The notes beneath the pieces were generated by a model. The model had not been told where the DNA came from. It was given only the letters and a program-made list of their open reading frames with translations, and ran no database searches. Shown here one piece after another: positions 29,001-42,600 of a stretch of DNA of 64,000 nt. Origin of the DNA: Lingula anatina (Eukaryota; Animalia; Brachiopoda); assembly GCA_051362555.1 (NCBI GenBank), contig CM120641.1, positions 29,208,401 through 29,272,400 on the forward strand. Direction: 5' to 3'. Position 1 is the stretch's first letter. Each line of letters starts with the position of its first letter. Made by a program: the position numbers and the translations under genes.

Positions 29001-32000
29001 AGTAAAGAAATAAAAGTTATATCCCTCTCTGTAACCATCAAGGCCAGTTAACTAACCTAAGTACCACCTTAAAACCATTTTAAAAAACAAGGAAGGGGCA
29101 TCCATTTTATTGCTCACTGGTCTCAAGCATAAAGACTAAGGCTTCGTTCACATGCAATGTCTATTTTCTATTTTCTATTTTCTATTCGCGCTATCTTATG
29201 ATCACGGTCTGTGGCCTGAATATCCCGGGGCGTAATTACTGGCAGCGCGAGCCAGTTACTATAAGTTACTATAAGTAACTGGCTCACGCTGCCAGTAATT
29301 ACGCGGAGGGATATTCAGGGCACAGACTGTGATCATAAGACATACCGCAAATAGAAAATAGAATTTAGAAAATAGACATTGCATGTGAACGAAGCCTTAC
29401 ATCTGCCTTGTGCTCCCAGTATTAATTCTAAGTATAAACCTGAACTTTGAAAGCACAAGTTGAAAGTTTTGATAGACATTTACACGATATCACTAGCATC
29501 AAGCCTATAAGCATTTTTGTCCAAATCAAAAGTGAATTGATAAAAAAAATAAAATAAATAAATAAATACTGTTTAGTCCTTGACAATTTCTTAAACATTT
29601 TGTAAGTCAGTGTGTGCTAAACAATTCTGCCATTACTAAAACAGCACTCACCACATTGGGTGTTGGTAGGTAGGAGGCAGCCTGGGTGCCGAGACAGGGG
29701 TGCAATTATACGCTCTCATGATTCTCTCTGCCAGCAGAAAGTTACGGAATAAACTTGCCACGAGGAGGTCCTGGCGAAACAGTTTCTGGAACAACTCTGA
29801 AAAAAAAAAAAAAAAAAATTAACATTTGAAATTATTTTATCTGTTTGCGAATGGAGTATGCAACAAATATTCATTCAGGCCCCGAGACCTCTACCTACAA
29901 GATATTTTTCCCTCCTAATAACTGCCTCTTACAAATATTGTCAATAACCTGTAAAGTTCACTGTAAACCTAAATATGCATTTACTCACTTTAACAAATGA
30001 TCAAGAAAAAAAATTTTCAAGGAAAATTTTGTTTTTCTAAAGAAATGCCTTACCCCTAGGAAGGACATTCCAAGCTATTGTATCAGTTATTGCAGTAAAT
30101 ATCCAGTTCAGCTCTCCAAGCATAGTCCTACGGTCATTCAACTGGCCTGGAATCCTGCAGGAAATACAGCAATTGCCAAGTTGAAATGCATCATTGGATA
30201 CAGAACACACACCTTTATTTTAAGAGACAGAAGGACATAGAAGGCAGTCCCTACATCACACAAGGAATGTAAAAAGATTTCTAAAAAGGAGAATCAGGCT
30301 CATGTTTTAAAATTAAACTTTCCAATTTCTACACTAAACTAACAGAGCTTTCGGTCACTCCATGACGTTCCTCACTTTGTGTTACAATGAAATGAAAAGT
30401 TTAATCTTATAACATGATCAACAAACCACAGATGAATTTCCATCAGAAGAAACAGACTCAGTTTAAACTCTAGATTCAGTACTTAAACAGGTATACCACG
30501 TATGTACTTACAAGTAAATTTGGAGCAATTTACTTTCTCCATCACATAAATTATTGATTGTATACTTACTTGTCAACTAGCTCCATAGATATACTAGGTA
30601 CTAGTTTGGCTGTGTTTTGTAATACAAACCTGGAAAACGGCAATGTAAAACAGCATTAGTAACACGTCATCATAAATGTACATAGAGTACTGCCTTACAT
30701 TCACATTATTTATATCTTGTAATAACTTTATAACTGGCACTCATAAAACTACTTATAGTATTTTTTTCTATCCTAGCATAAATAATATGGTAATTACTTG
30801 ATCTTATCAAATTGCTAAAATCATCAAGCTTTGGGAATCATGAAAAATTATATTTCTGTAGTCTTTGTGGTGCTTTAACTGTGTATAATAGTTATGTATT
30901 TTAATGGTTAATATGTTCTAATTTTAAGAATTTAAGATTTAGAAAAACAATGTACCTGTAAAATTTAGATTTATTTATTTATTAAAAAGATTGGGTCATG
31001 AACATACTTTTATGGAGCATGTTAATAGCTGCAATCAAATAGTGGTGTAAGGCTGACATATCTGCTAAAACCTACTAACTTGTATTTTCTTTACATCTCT
31101 CTTTCTCATCTCTCTTTTTCAGACACACACACACGCACACGCACACACACACACAGTTTGTGCACATGTACATAGCTTTACCATCTAAGGGCAATTTTGA
31201 TGGGTGTAGTTAGACAAGAAGTAAAAAGATCAGCTGGAAGTTCTGGGTTCATAGGCAGGAGCTCCGTTGGGCCACAGGCTGCCAGCTGTATGCAGCTCTT
31301 CACTGCCGCTGCAGACAACATGGTTGATGGTGAACTAAAATTGTTGTTGGCAGCAGATTGTCGAGAACTAGTCTAGAAAGATTGTAAGAAAAAAATTTTA
31401 TGATATTCATTTAAAGGATTGCCAATATTTTTCTCAACTTCTAAAACTGTTTAGATTTACTGTTTATCATATTTTCCAGTACAAAAGTCATAGATCTATG
31501 TCAACACATCCTGTAAAGTTGAAATTTGCCATAATTCAAAGTTTTCTATAATTTCTACATTGACTCTTTAATAATGCAAGAAGTTATTCTTTAATTTTCA
31601 AACTGAACTACCGAGCTTTTAAAGAGACATGCAAAAAAAAATATATATTTTTTTTTTAATCATTCGGAATAATAATAATAATGTTCTAACGCAATCTTGG
31701 CCAAGGAATGCATGCTATCATATTTTACAATGTAACGCAATCTTAAATTTTCACTACAAGACTTATCATGTTACAATTACATTTGAATGTCAAAATTATT
31801 GCATTCCCTCACAAAGATTGCATTCCAACATACTAATTATTGCTTTTTTTTTTGCAAAGATTGCGTTAAAGACTTCTTTTTTTGTTAATTCGATGTAAAT
31901 TGATTGATTTAATAAAAAAAAAGTAAATTCTTTTCCTGAAATAAACCAGATTCAAGTAACTGGTAAAATTGGTTAAAAGTACTTTTTATATAAATATTGT

Positions 32001-33432
32001 ACAATGTTATGTAGACTCTACCAAGTAAAACATCATAAGAAGACAAGATAAGATTGATTCCTTACATCTCCCTCTTGTTCTCTTTGCTGTGAAAACTGTT
32101 TAAAAGAATCCAGAATGATGCCAGCATTGGAGCAGTCATAGACATATATTGAAGGACTCCCCATCCAAGTCTGTAAGTCATAGACTGACAGGGGTATATA
32201 CTGTGTATAACTCTGAAAAAAATTGAATTGATACCATTCAGTAAAAAAAAAAAAGAAGAGAGGCGAGTGCCAAGGATAAAGGATGACTTTATTGCTAAAA
32301 TCCAATATTGTCTCTCTCTCTCTACAGTTCACACATTCTTCAACACAAATCTAAATGCATGCTTTGACAAGGGATAAACTTATATTTTACCTTATTAAAA
32401 ACCCATATCTCTCCATTCACTGTAGGTCTGGGCACACCATGACCATTATAATGAAAGAGCACTCTCTCATCCTACAAAACAAAGAGAACAACATAAAGTG
32501 TAATGTATTCTACTGCTCCAGAACTAAAACCTTGACTGACTGCAACAAATCAAGAACCTTTCTTACTAATTTGCACACTAATATAGTATACTGCAAAATT
32601 TCTCAAGCCTCCATTCATCAAATAACCCACCTTTATACAACATATGCTAACTTTAAATATAATAGGTATTCACTGTCTAAACAGAGAATACCAAAATTAC
32701 TAATTTGAGCATCTAACCCTTATATAATCAATACAGTAACTGACACAATATTTGAGCTTTATGTAAAAAATAATAATTTTTACCAAAATGTCAAGATGAG
32801 CATGGCTAAAAAAATACAGATCATTTGGTCATTTTTTATAATCCACGATTTTGATGAGAAAATTGTAATTAGGCTGAACAAAAATAAAAGGGGGGGGGGG
32901 GGTCATTTTCTGTAAAAGTGGACCTTTCACCAAAAAATCTTTATGTTCCTAGATTAAATTTTTATTCAGCAAAAAGGCCAGTTCGTACAATAACCCCCAA
33001 CCCCAGGCTATGAGCCTGTCTCTACATTAATGACAGTTAATTTGGCATACTTTGGCATTCCGTCTGAGAGATGTGCACAACTTCTTCACTTCATCTACAG
33101 TGGGGTCCAAGCTCTGCTTATACCTGGCCCTGGGTTGCCAGCGTTCATACTGTTTCTGGAGGTTGGTGCCTATGGCTTCCAGAGCCTTCTGCGGACTCAT
33201 TGAAAGTGGGTCTGAAATGAAAAAAAAAAAAAAAAATAGATATCACTTCATTTCATCATTTAAACGACGGAAACATGGTCACCCTGAACAGAATATGAAA
33301 TAAATAAAATAATAAAATGCTGATACACATTAAAATATCAAAATCCTACAAAGTTAAACGCACACATGACAAGTCAAGTAATGATTCACGAGTAGGAAAA
33401 ATTTGCTTTTTTTCTTAAAATTGCATCTGGCT

Positions 33433-33504
<72 letters not shown>

Positions 33505-35041
33505 TGGATATATAACTACCAACTAAACAATTCCACTATGTACCCACCTATCCAGCACTCCAGTCTTGCACAGGGTGTAGTCTTCACAGTGTCTGGTGGG
33601 TCCACACCAACATTGAGGCACAGCACCAAGGCCACACTTACAGTCTTCATCTGCGATGAGATTGAACAGTATATTTTAATAGTAAGATTGTAAAAAAAAA
33701 AAATAAAAATAAAAAAAAAAATTGTAAAAACATTATTTTCTAACAATAAAATTCATTAATCGCCAATGTACAGTATATGTGTGTGTGTATGTGTGTGCAG
33801 ACATGCATATCTATACAGTGGGGGTAATACAAGTGATAGAGCCCTTAATATACACCAACAATGGCCTTTAACAGTAAAGACACTATATATAGTCAGTTCA
33901 TTTATTTTCAAGTGATCTGTTATTACTAATTTACTTGAATAGCAGACACTGATCTTAGTCACCACATAATTGACTTTAGAAAAACCTGTAAAATCAAAGA
34001 CTCAGGGTAGTTCAGAATGAGTAAACTAACCAGGTTTATCTGACTCCAAGGGGACTCACTGAATGCAATCAGCTAAACAGACTAACACGCCCCCTCAAGC
34101 AGTGAGGTGGTAATTAACTTTCATGTGTCCTGGCCTTACAAAAACTACCATGATGCACATGTGCACTGTTCACACTCAAATTGAAGTAAAATGGCACATA
34201 GAAAAGAGGTACATTACTTCTCATCTGTACAGAGACGAAGCAAGGAGTCCGTTTCTGAACATGTGTTACAGCTACAAAATGTCAGTCCTTCTCATGGAAT
34301 CACCAGAGAGCAGCCTTTTTGCAATTTCAGTCTCAGCAAAAACTGCAGTGCATCCAGTCAAGCACGCTCAAAAGTTCAAGAAAGCATGTTGGTCTGTTAA
34401 TCTGACTGCATTCAGCAAGAGTCCCTATGGAGTTAGATTGACCTGGCTAGGTCAAAGGAACTTATTCTAAATGGCCCCTTACATGTGCAAGAAGCGGGAA
34501 GGGGGGGGGGGGTATACTACATAAGTACAAAGTTTTGTAGCTGAAGTGCTGATGCCACCTGTAATTCATATCAAATGTTGTTGTTGTTGTTGTTGTTTTC
34601 AATAATTTATGGAATATATACAGTAGAATAAGTAAAAAGGACTTCTGTTGAAACCTATTAGATCCTAACTTAAATGCACATACATCCTGTTGTTTTAACT
34701 TCACTCAAATAAACCACTGTTTCACTTCAAAAAGTTTTGAGGTCCAAATTTCAGTTGTGGGTCCATATAATTTATATACATCATGCTGTAGACTGTAGTA
34801 GGCAGCAATTTCATGCGATAAATATCATAAACCAATCACAAAAAACCTTCATCCTTTAAATATTTTTCCCGCAGAAATGCATCAGTCCTACCCTTTCTTT
34901 CATTCTCCATGTCTGCGTCACAGATTTAGTTCCTTCTATCTTCTCCATGTGCCGAGGACTCGTAAATGCAAGCGTTAGCTGCCAGTCCCCCAACTCGCTA
35001 TCATTCTCTCTAAAAGTGTCCTCGACACCCTCCCCTGCCAT
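13030..35041 (-). CDS. RPTOR: Regulatory-associated protein of mTOR (Raptor), 31 coding exons, 1328 aa
   Basis: Exons in transcript order: 34892-35041, 33548-33650, 33051-33211, 32391-32471, 32066-32212, 31182-31372, 30570-30629, 30054-30154, 29652-29796, 28636-28813, 27881-27964, 27417-27527, 27156-27230, 26523-26588, 26193-26291, 25879-25971, 25264-25404, 24789-24963, 24167-24241, 22018-22262, 21555-21667, 21191-21356, 20779-21010, 20184-20298, 19836-19960, 19576-19686, 16723-16829, 16401-16531, 14076-14279, 13575-13704, 13030-13101. All introns are GT-AG with consistent phases; total 3987 nt. RNC domain motifs ([54 protein letters not shown]), HEAT region ([21 protein letters not shown]) and WD40 C-terminus ([20 protein letters not shown]) match Raptor. 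Confidence 0.97.
14322..14570. mobile_element. Diverged MITE with related TIRs; a relative lies at about 34030-34480
   Basis: TTCCCACAGA... / ...TCTCTGGGAATGGGGCC|tta. Internal IR GGGACTCACTGTGTGCAATCAGCT / AACTGATTGCATTCAGCAAGTCCC. Similar GGGACTCACTGAATGCAATCAGCT at 34051. Confidence 0.55.
14693..16175 (+). mobile_element. Internally deleted family A HINE-like element with both termini, in RPTOR intron 28
   Basis: 5' end AACAAGGAAGCAAAGCTGTCAAATGTACAGAC; degenerate tandem units; GAC-rich tract; 3' hairpin ATGTACAGACACA-TC-TGTGTCTGTACAT (16146-16173) followed by AAAA. No TSD, A-rich target. Confidence 0.8.
25973..26008. repeat. (TAA)n microsatellite abutting the acceptor of RPTOR exon 16
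   Basis: Direct reading. Confidence 0.9.
28390..28605. mobile_element. PIF/Harbinger-like MITE (approx. 215-bp family)
   Basis: TTCCCAGAG...TAGATCGATCTA ... TAGATCGATCTAATCTCTGGAAATGGGGTC. Homologous to 45517-45745 and 50105-50319. Confidence 0.78.
29140..29396. mobile_element. Almost fully palindromic MITE, PIF/Harbinger-like, in RPTOR intron 9
   Basis: TIR GGCTTCGTTCACATGCAATGTCTATTTTCTA / TAGAAAATAGACATTGCATGTGAACGAAGCC. Flanks TAA and TTA. The arms pair nearly to the centre. Confidence 0.85.
33436..33497. repeat. (TA)n microsatellite
   Basis: Direct reading. Confidence 0.95.
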
Positions 35042-36264
35042 TGTCCAACTATTCAGAAAAAACTAGCTGTTATAACAAGTCTCACGAAATAACACTATTT
35101 TGGTCAAGACTTGGAGTAAATATATGTATATTAGGAGCAATATGCACAGCGTAGACCACGAGCTTGGCTTCCATATTTATTTGTGATAATGTTGTTTATT
35201 TTCAAAAGGGGTCAGCACTGCGTCGCCCAATGTAGGATGCAATCAAGACAAGATGTACGAAGTCTGTTATTTTTTCTGAAAACCGCAAAAATTCAAATAT
35301 TTATGGTATATATATAGCTTTGGAATATTTGACGCTCAGGAGAAGAAAGGGATTTAAACTATTGCAAAAATGCATATTGACTGATAAATTAGAATTGCCT
35401 GTTCCTTGCTTTTAAGCAAGGGGCCACTAAACTAATTAAGGTAACAAAGCTAGATATTTTCTTTGTCTTTACCTTTATGGTAACATTTTTATTGAATAAT
35501 AAAATGCATACTTTTTATTTTTAAAATATTTGAAAATGAAATTAATATGATTGGCTGTTAAGACAAGAAATTCATGATATATCAGTATTTATATTGAAAG
35601 TAATATAGAAGTTATTGTTGTTCAAATCTTTGTACAAGCAGACTTCTATTTTGACTCTACATGGATAACATTTTTATTTATGTTAAATGTAGAAAGTTAT
35701 AAAGCTTGAATAAAAAACAACTACTGCAGAATTTTTATTATCATTTATATTTACAAATCTTGACATTTAGGCAACATGTACTGGTGGAGTACTGGTATTC
35801 CTGGGCTACTGTACATGTAGATTCTGAGGAAAACATTTCCAGAAAACATTCCCAGCACAGTGTAGCAAAATCTAGTATAGGGATAGTCATAAATAATAAA
35901 ATGATAACAATAATTATAATGACAATAATACCATACAATAAAACATCTTTTTATACATAATATACAATTTACACTTCTAAAGTTTGCTGGTCAGGTTAAC
36001 TTATGGCCACCTTAAACCAACATCTAAATTTGAAATAATAATGTCATAAAGTGATATTATCTTTCCTTCCAGTTTTGTGTTTTTATATTTTTCTTATGTG
36101 AAGTTTTATCAAAGGAATTCAGGCCTCTTTGACACAAAAAGTTTATGCTGTAAAGTGTGTATTCAGTTTATTGTGGCTTGGGGAAGATATTACTTTACTT
36201 CCCAACTTCTCACCTATTAGCAAGGTGAACCTCATAAGATTGTCAAGTTGAATAAAAAATCACA

Positions 36265-37680
36265 CTATGAGCACTTCCATAAAGTTATTGCCACATTTCC
36301 ACCAAAGAACATGTATATCAAGTTCTTCACTTCGTGTGTAATTTCAAAGCCATATCCTTCTCCAACTACCACATGCCAAGAAGGCCCAAACTTTTTATCC
36401 ATAGTTTCTTTTATCATTTTGGCTGCAGTCTGAAATACAAAAAAATGCAAGAGTGAATAAAGCATTTCTTGGTCTTTAAAATGTCATAATGATTTCAATA
36501 TTAAGTAGAATCTACAATTCTGATTCCTAACATCAGAGGTCATTTAATCACTTTTTTTTATTCTAAGAACACAGTGAACTACAATCAACTTGCTTAAAGA
36601 AATGAGAATCTGGAATTGCTAATTCATCATCATTATAACTAAGATTCAATACTATTATGTTGAATCCTAGATTATAATAATTATACCAACTTATCTGAGT
36701 ATAATGCATCATGCAATAACTGGCAAAAAGAATTAAAAAATGAAATACAAAAAGGTAAATGAAGTCATTAATTCACTGAAGAGCAGATAAAACATTGCAC
36801 AGGCCTAAACCAACATGAGTGTAACTCTTTCTGGTTAAAGATGCATATTAAATCAAAATGCCACAAAAACCAACCAACCCCACTGTATAACATAACTAAG
36901 AGAAATACCAAAGTACACTGTTTCATAAGTTCCTGAAAAATGATATCTGAAGGGATATTTTCTTTCTTTCAGTGCAATAAAAACGCCTCAGCATTCTCAT
37001 TTGAATAAGTATGCAAATTGCGCAAAAATTGAAGTTTTAAAGCTACGTTTGCTGAACAAGAGATTAACTTCATTTATGTCTTGGCATGGTGAATTTCTTT
37101 TAGTGGTATAAGAAACTAATAGTAATGGTTTACATGTGTTACTGGAAAGCCATGCTCACTTTCTTTCTCAACACACCTCATTATTTGTAGAAAATTTTTC
37201 ACATGCTGTGACACACAGCTCCATTGCCTCCACTCTCATCTCATCTTGCATATCTGAGTGCTGAAAGTATTTAACAGTAAAATGACAAATAGTTTCATAA
37301 ATCATAATAAAATGCCATGCAAAAGCATTTCATGTTATTCTAAAGGTTAATCCAGTTATATTCAAGCAACAAATCTAAAAACACTGTTTAAGTTTCTTTT
37401 TGAGTTTTTTTTTAGCAATTATTGATCCTTAATAACGCTTTAAAAGTTGAAATGTCTATGCGGTAAATAGGTATACCAGATAGTATATTAATATTAACTA
37501 TTCTAGCAATAAAGAGCAGTAACTTAACCAGTCACTGTTGAAACTGAATGTTGTGTTCCCAATTTATACATAATATTTCAGGATAACTTTGCTAAAATAA
37601 TACTCTATACTTACTCTGATTAACGGATAGGTATGCTTCACAACCTCAACCACCTTTTTTTCCCCTCCTTCTTCTGCCAT
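36265..37680 (-). CDS. DNAL4: Dynein axonemal light chain 4, 3 exons, 104 aa
   Basis: Exons 37615-37680 (MAEEGGEKKVVEVVKHTYPLIR), 37177-37260 (HSDMQDEMRVEAMELCVTACEKFSTNNE) and 36265-36429 (TAAKMIKETMDKKFGPSWHVVVGEGYGFEITHEVKNLIYMFFGGNVAITLWKCS*). GT-AG, phase-0 introns. Closely matches the recalled human DNAL4 sequence. Confidence 0.96.
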
Positions 37681-37904
37681 TATTGAATTAAAAGATGTAA
37701 TTTGTTCAAAAACTGATAGCAAACTCAAGTCTTGCAACCTGTCTCTAAGGAAAACAACGCATGCGCGTTTTTGCAGCCTCGTTTTCGATTCAAGATGTCA
37801 GCGCCCACTTCAAAACATGGGAAGTGTGTTTCTTACATTATACGACCAATTATTTTAGCCACGCACTCATTCGCTATTTGAAGACTATAAAGAAATATGT
37901 TAGC
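37681..37904. promoter_or_regulatory. Bidirectional DNAL4/TELO2 promoter and probable non-coding TELO2 first exon
   Basis: CpG-containing patch with NRF1-like ACGCATGCGC (37757-37766), an imperfect RFX X-box-like GTCTCTAAGGAAAAC (37741-37755) and a YY1-like CAAGATGTCAGC (37791). A plus-strand donor GC|GTAAGT at 37905 can pair with the acceptor ttttccag at 38300, just upstream of the TELO2 ATG. Confidence 0.6.
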
Positions 37905-38313
37905 GTAAGTACAAGGCTTCATGTAAACATATTTAACATTCATGTGCTTTGTGTGAAACGTGATTTACAACTAAATTAGTGACTTATTAGTATAATTTTA
38001 GTATAATTTTGGTAGGGTCCAAGTACACGACATGTTTTATACTTCTCAGTAGTCCACAAATATATACAATATGTGAAAAAGCAAGTTGACATGAATATTT
38101 TGTTTCTTCTTGCCCAGACTTTAAAAAAATACCACACTTATTAATTTAATTTATTATGACTTTTTCTCAGGAAAATTTAACACTTAGCATCTTGAATGGA
38201 TGGATTTGGAAAGTTGGCCTACAGTGTAAAAATTATCATAATTTGGTATTCATCTTCTCTACAACTGGAGTTACAAATATACTTGTAATCTCTTTTCCAG
38301 GTGACCTGTAAAC

Positions 38314-39580
38314 ATGGGAGAAATGACATTAAATGTCAGGCCATTTGTGCGACAGATTGTAAGAGAGGCATACAATATTATAGCAAACCCTAAAAATGAA
38401 AGTGAATGTGTGGAATGTCTACAGAGAATACAGTGCCTGCTACCTGCGAGAGAGAATGCCCTAGGGAAGTTGAATATTTCACAAGAAGATATAGTAACTG
38501 CTCAGGAAGAATTTGCAGAGAATCATTATGTGAAATTTCTGGACTTCCTGGTGAAATGTTTGAGTGTCGATTGGCTCTCTAATTTACCAAAGGATAAGAT
38601 ACCTGAACTTTTTGACACATTCTTCCTGGATGGAATTCCAGAGGAAGCATTTCTGATCCTAACAAGTGCAATACAAACTCTGAGGTAGGGCTGTTTTTTA
38701 TGCATGTTCTCATACGTGCATGTTTGGAATTTTCGCAGATGTTATTGACTCTTGTAATAGTTTCCTGATGATTGCTATTTTAACAGTGAATTATTCAGAT
38801 ATCACAAAGCTGGTAAACCAAATGAACTTTAGACCTGATGTAGCAAAAGTTGAATTTTTAGGGAATTTCACCACTTTTCTTTTAAATGCCAAGACAGACC
38901 ACATCCAAAACCATTACAAAATTTACAATCCTTACAGGGGTGGATCCAGAGATATTTTCTGACCGTCTTCCAAATTATCTTTGTTAATCCATCCTCAATT
39001 TTTGACTGTCTTCTGACAGAAAAAAATAGATACCCGTCAATGTAAACTTGAAAATCTGACCGTCTTCCAGAAGACCCAGAAGACGGCCTCAATCCGCCCC
39101 TGCCTTAAACCCTTTATTGGGTTTCAAGCTTCAAGTTTTTGAATTACTCTTATGATGTAAACAGAGAAAAGTGAATTTTCAGGTGACACTAAATATTAGA
39201 AATTTATAACATGAAAACAGGTTGATAAATAATAAAGTTGTCAATGGTTGGGAAAATTGCTGATATTTCTGGTGAAACTTGTTTCTTGTTGTATAAAAGT
39301 CTAATGCGCACTGTATAACTAAAGATATGTACTCATGATACTCAATTTTTATAGCCATGGTTACAAACTAAACAAATGTGCTGTCCTGCTTGAAGAATTC
39401 ATCAAACAACATAAACTAAGAGTACTTTTGTGGAACCAGTGTGTGATCATCCCAGACAAGAGCAGAACCAAAGAAAACCAACATTCAGTTATGTGGGATG
39501 ACCTGGTTACCACACTTGCAATGTTGCCAGAGAGGATAATCAATAAAACAAAGCAGGAAACAAGGTAGGTGACACACACA

Positions 39581-39639
<59 letters not shown>

Positions 39640-42600
39640 AATATTAATCACATCTTGATATTGTGTGTGGTATTTAAAGTGGACTCATATGTATATGTAT
39701 ATGTGCTATACCCAATTTATCCCATTATGTTATTTGCAGTGACATCTTTTACCCCCAGAATTATGGCCCATTTCTTGCGAATGAAATGTTAGTGGTGCTG
39801 CACCAGGTGTATAGTGCTGTGAAGAATGGCTCTGATGTTTCTCTGTCTTTCTTCAGTCAGTTGTTAGGGAAATTGTGCATCACTGGTAGTGCAGGTAGGA
39901 AAAAAACAAATTACGTGTTCTACAACTAAAGAAACATATGATACCAGTATTGTGCAGCTGCAGGGTAGAACAATTATAGCCATTTTAATGAAATAGGACA
40001 TGCTAGTTCTCAAACAAATAAGTAAGTTTCTGGTTGGAAATTGGAATTGGCAATAACTTAGTTTTTGAAAATATGATTTCTGAAGCATTTAAACCCTCAA
40101 GAATTTCATGTCCTCTGTTATAATATTTTTAAATTAGCAAAACAGTAACTTTTTAGACTTCATTATAAATACAGAGCAAGAAAAAAGGAATTCATTAGTA
40201 CATGTGTTTGTTTTTCAGACTGGATATGGTCAGTATTACTTCCCAGTTTTACTACTTTCACCAATCAAGACTTTATCTGGTGTAGAATTTGTGAGCGTCT
40301 TGTCTGTGAAGTACCTGACAGGTGTATTGAAAGTACCATTATTCCAGTAGTAAGGGATGCAGCGTGGTGCGTATGTGTTTGATATTTTTTATTGATAACC
40401 CCACCCACAAAGATGGACCCAAACCAGTTAAGATCTTAATGGTGGTATCAGACAACCATGAGATTAGTTTCCAATTGATTCTGCTGCCACTATTTGATGC
40501 ATGAGACAGCTGATAGTGTATTTGTTGATGGGCAGCAGTACCACTGCCTTTTTTTTTTTTTTGTTTTTGTTTAAGTTTTTTGAAGGGGGTCTATAGAGAC
40601 TTTCTTATGCGCTAGTGATTTAGGGAAAAAATATAAAGAGCAGTTACTTCATTTAAGGACATTTTTAAGATATGCTTATTAAATATTTATTTCTCCTTTT
40701 TTGTGTCTGATGAAATGAATCTCATTTACTTACTGTGCATGTTTTCATCGTAAAACCTAATAATTATTGCATGTTTTTGAATCTGATACCCTTAACAAGT
40801 ATATGGAATAATCATTATTTCTTACACACATCTTCATTATAGGTATGGCACTGTGAACAAACTACTAGGGGATGCTGTTCTTTCAAAACAAAAACTGAAG
40901 TATTTGTTCACTAACAAACTTCTTCTATACAGACACTTTAAACAGGTAATTGGCACTTTTTTCATTGTCTTTTATGTGTTTCAGTCAGTTTATATTTTTA
41001 AAAATGGCTGTAGCTTTGTAGGTGATACATTATTTTAATACTCATTCAGTTGTTGTCATGATTTCGTGACTGTGATAGTTATGTAGGGTGAGATGAATAA
41101 ATAATGTTCGAACTTGTATAGTGCATTTAAAAAGGGATTGGGTTTCTCTTTGTCACCTTTCCTAAAATTGGTTAAGATCTGTTGTTTTTCAGTTAATGCA
41201 GTTGGATTCTTATTCATTTCTAGGACCTGATATTACAGAACATAGTTGGGCACCTGGCAAGTTCCCATACAAGAAAGCCTCTGTTTATCCAGGTATATTT
41301 GATACTAAGGCTTTTGTTTTATTATTATTATTATTTTTTACAAATAACAGATGAGTAAACAATTTACATAACATTTGTATGGAATCCTTATTCATTTGTT
41401 AAGACTGGGGAGAAAATCATATACCTTGTGTGTGTGTGTGAATGTGTGTGTGTGTTTTCAAATCCACATAATACAAACCTTTTTAATGCTATTTTCAATA
41501 CTTCGCTTCTTTCAACTTCCTCAATCTAGGTTCTTCAGACTCTTCTAGAAGTATGGGGAGACAGCAGTGCAGTGAAACACACAGCATATGATCAGCATCA
41601 TTACATTTCCAGGGCAATTCTTATTGGCATAGGACTCTTGAGTGATAGGGATAAGGAACAGCATAAAGGAGGTATGAAACCTATCTGCACAGACAATACT
41701 GTGTGGAGGCATTTGTTTTGAACCAGGCATTTTTGGTAAAAATCTTGACATTGTTTTTGATGAGTTAGATTGGCAGAATGTGCATGTTGTGTATGTTTCA
41801 GATTCATAGCACATAGAGAGATACTAATAATTGTGTTTGTATCAGACTCAAAGAAGAGAGATGTACTGTTTGTGTCTAGCTCTCACTTTGTGCATTGGTA
41901 AAATAATTTTTACCAGTGATATCTTCCTTCATCTAGCTGGTTAAAATCAGTCTGTTGAAGAGTGGCCTGCAACAGTTGACAAAATGAAAACTTTCAGCCA
42001 TTTTAGTTTCCACACACTGAGGATAAGCAATAAATTCTAAGTGACCTTATGGATAACAGTTAAATATAGTTTAAGCTTTATTGCTGAAGTCATTGGGTTT
42101 TTATATTGTGTGTGAAACATAAACATTTCAGTTATTAAGTAAAGTGATGATTCCTGTAGAGTATAATTTGAATATATGAGTATATTTGAATAAAATTGTG
42201 ACCAAAAGACATGTTCATAAACATGTTCTAATTTGAAATATTTATATCCCTTCCATCCCAAGTAGTAGTTGAAGATTCATTAAAGATATTATTGAAAAAA
42301 CTGTTTGTTTCTTTGTTTGCTTGTTAAACCAACTGACCAGGTAATCAAAATGGTATTTCAGACTTAATAAGAAAACTGATGACCGGTGTCCAGTGTCACA
42401 TAGACAACCAGGCCTTCAAAGTAAGACTCCTTGGTATGGTTGTGGCTGAGGCACTGACCACAGCTCTGGACCCCAAAGGACCCAAGTTAGAATTTGAGGT
42501 AGAAAATTTATCATATGTAGTGTCTTTACTTTTGTTATATACTCACTTTGTATGTGTCTGTAAATGGTCTTAACACTTTGTCTGTGTCTTCACCATCACA

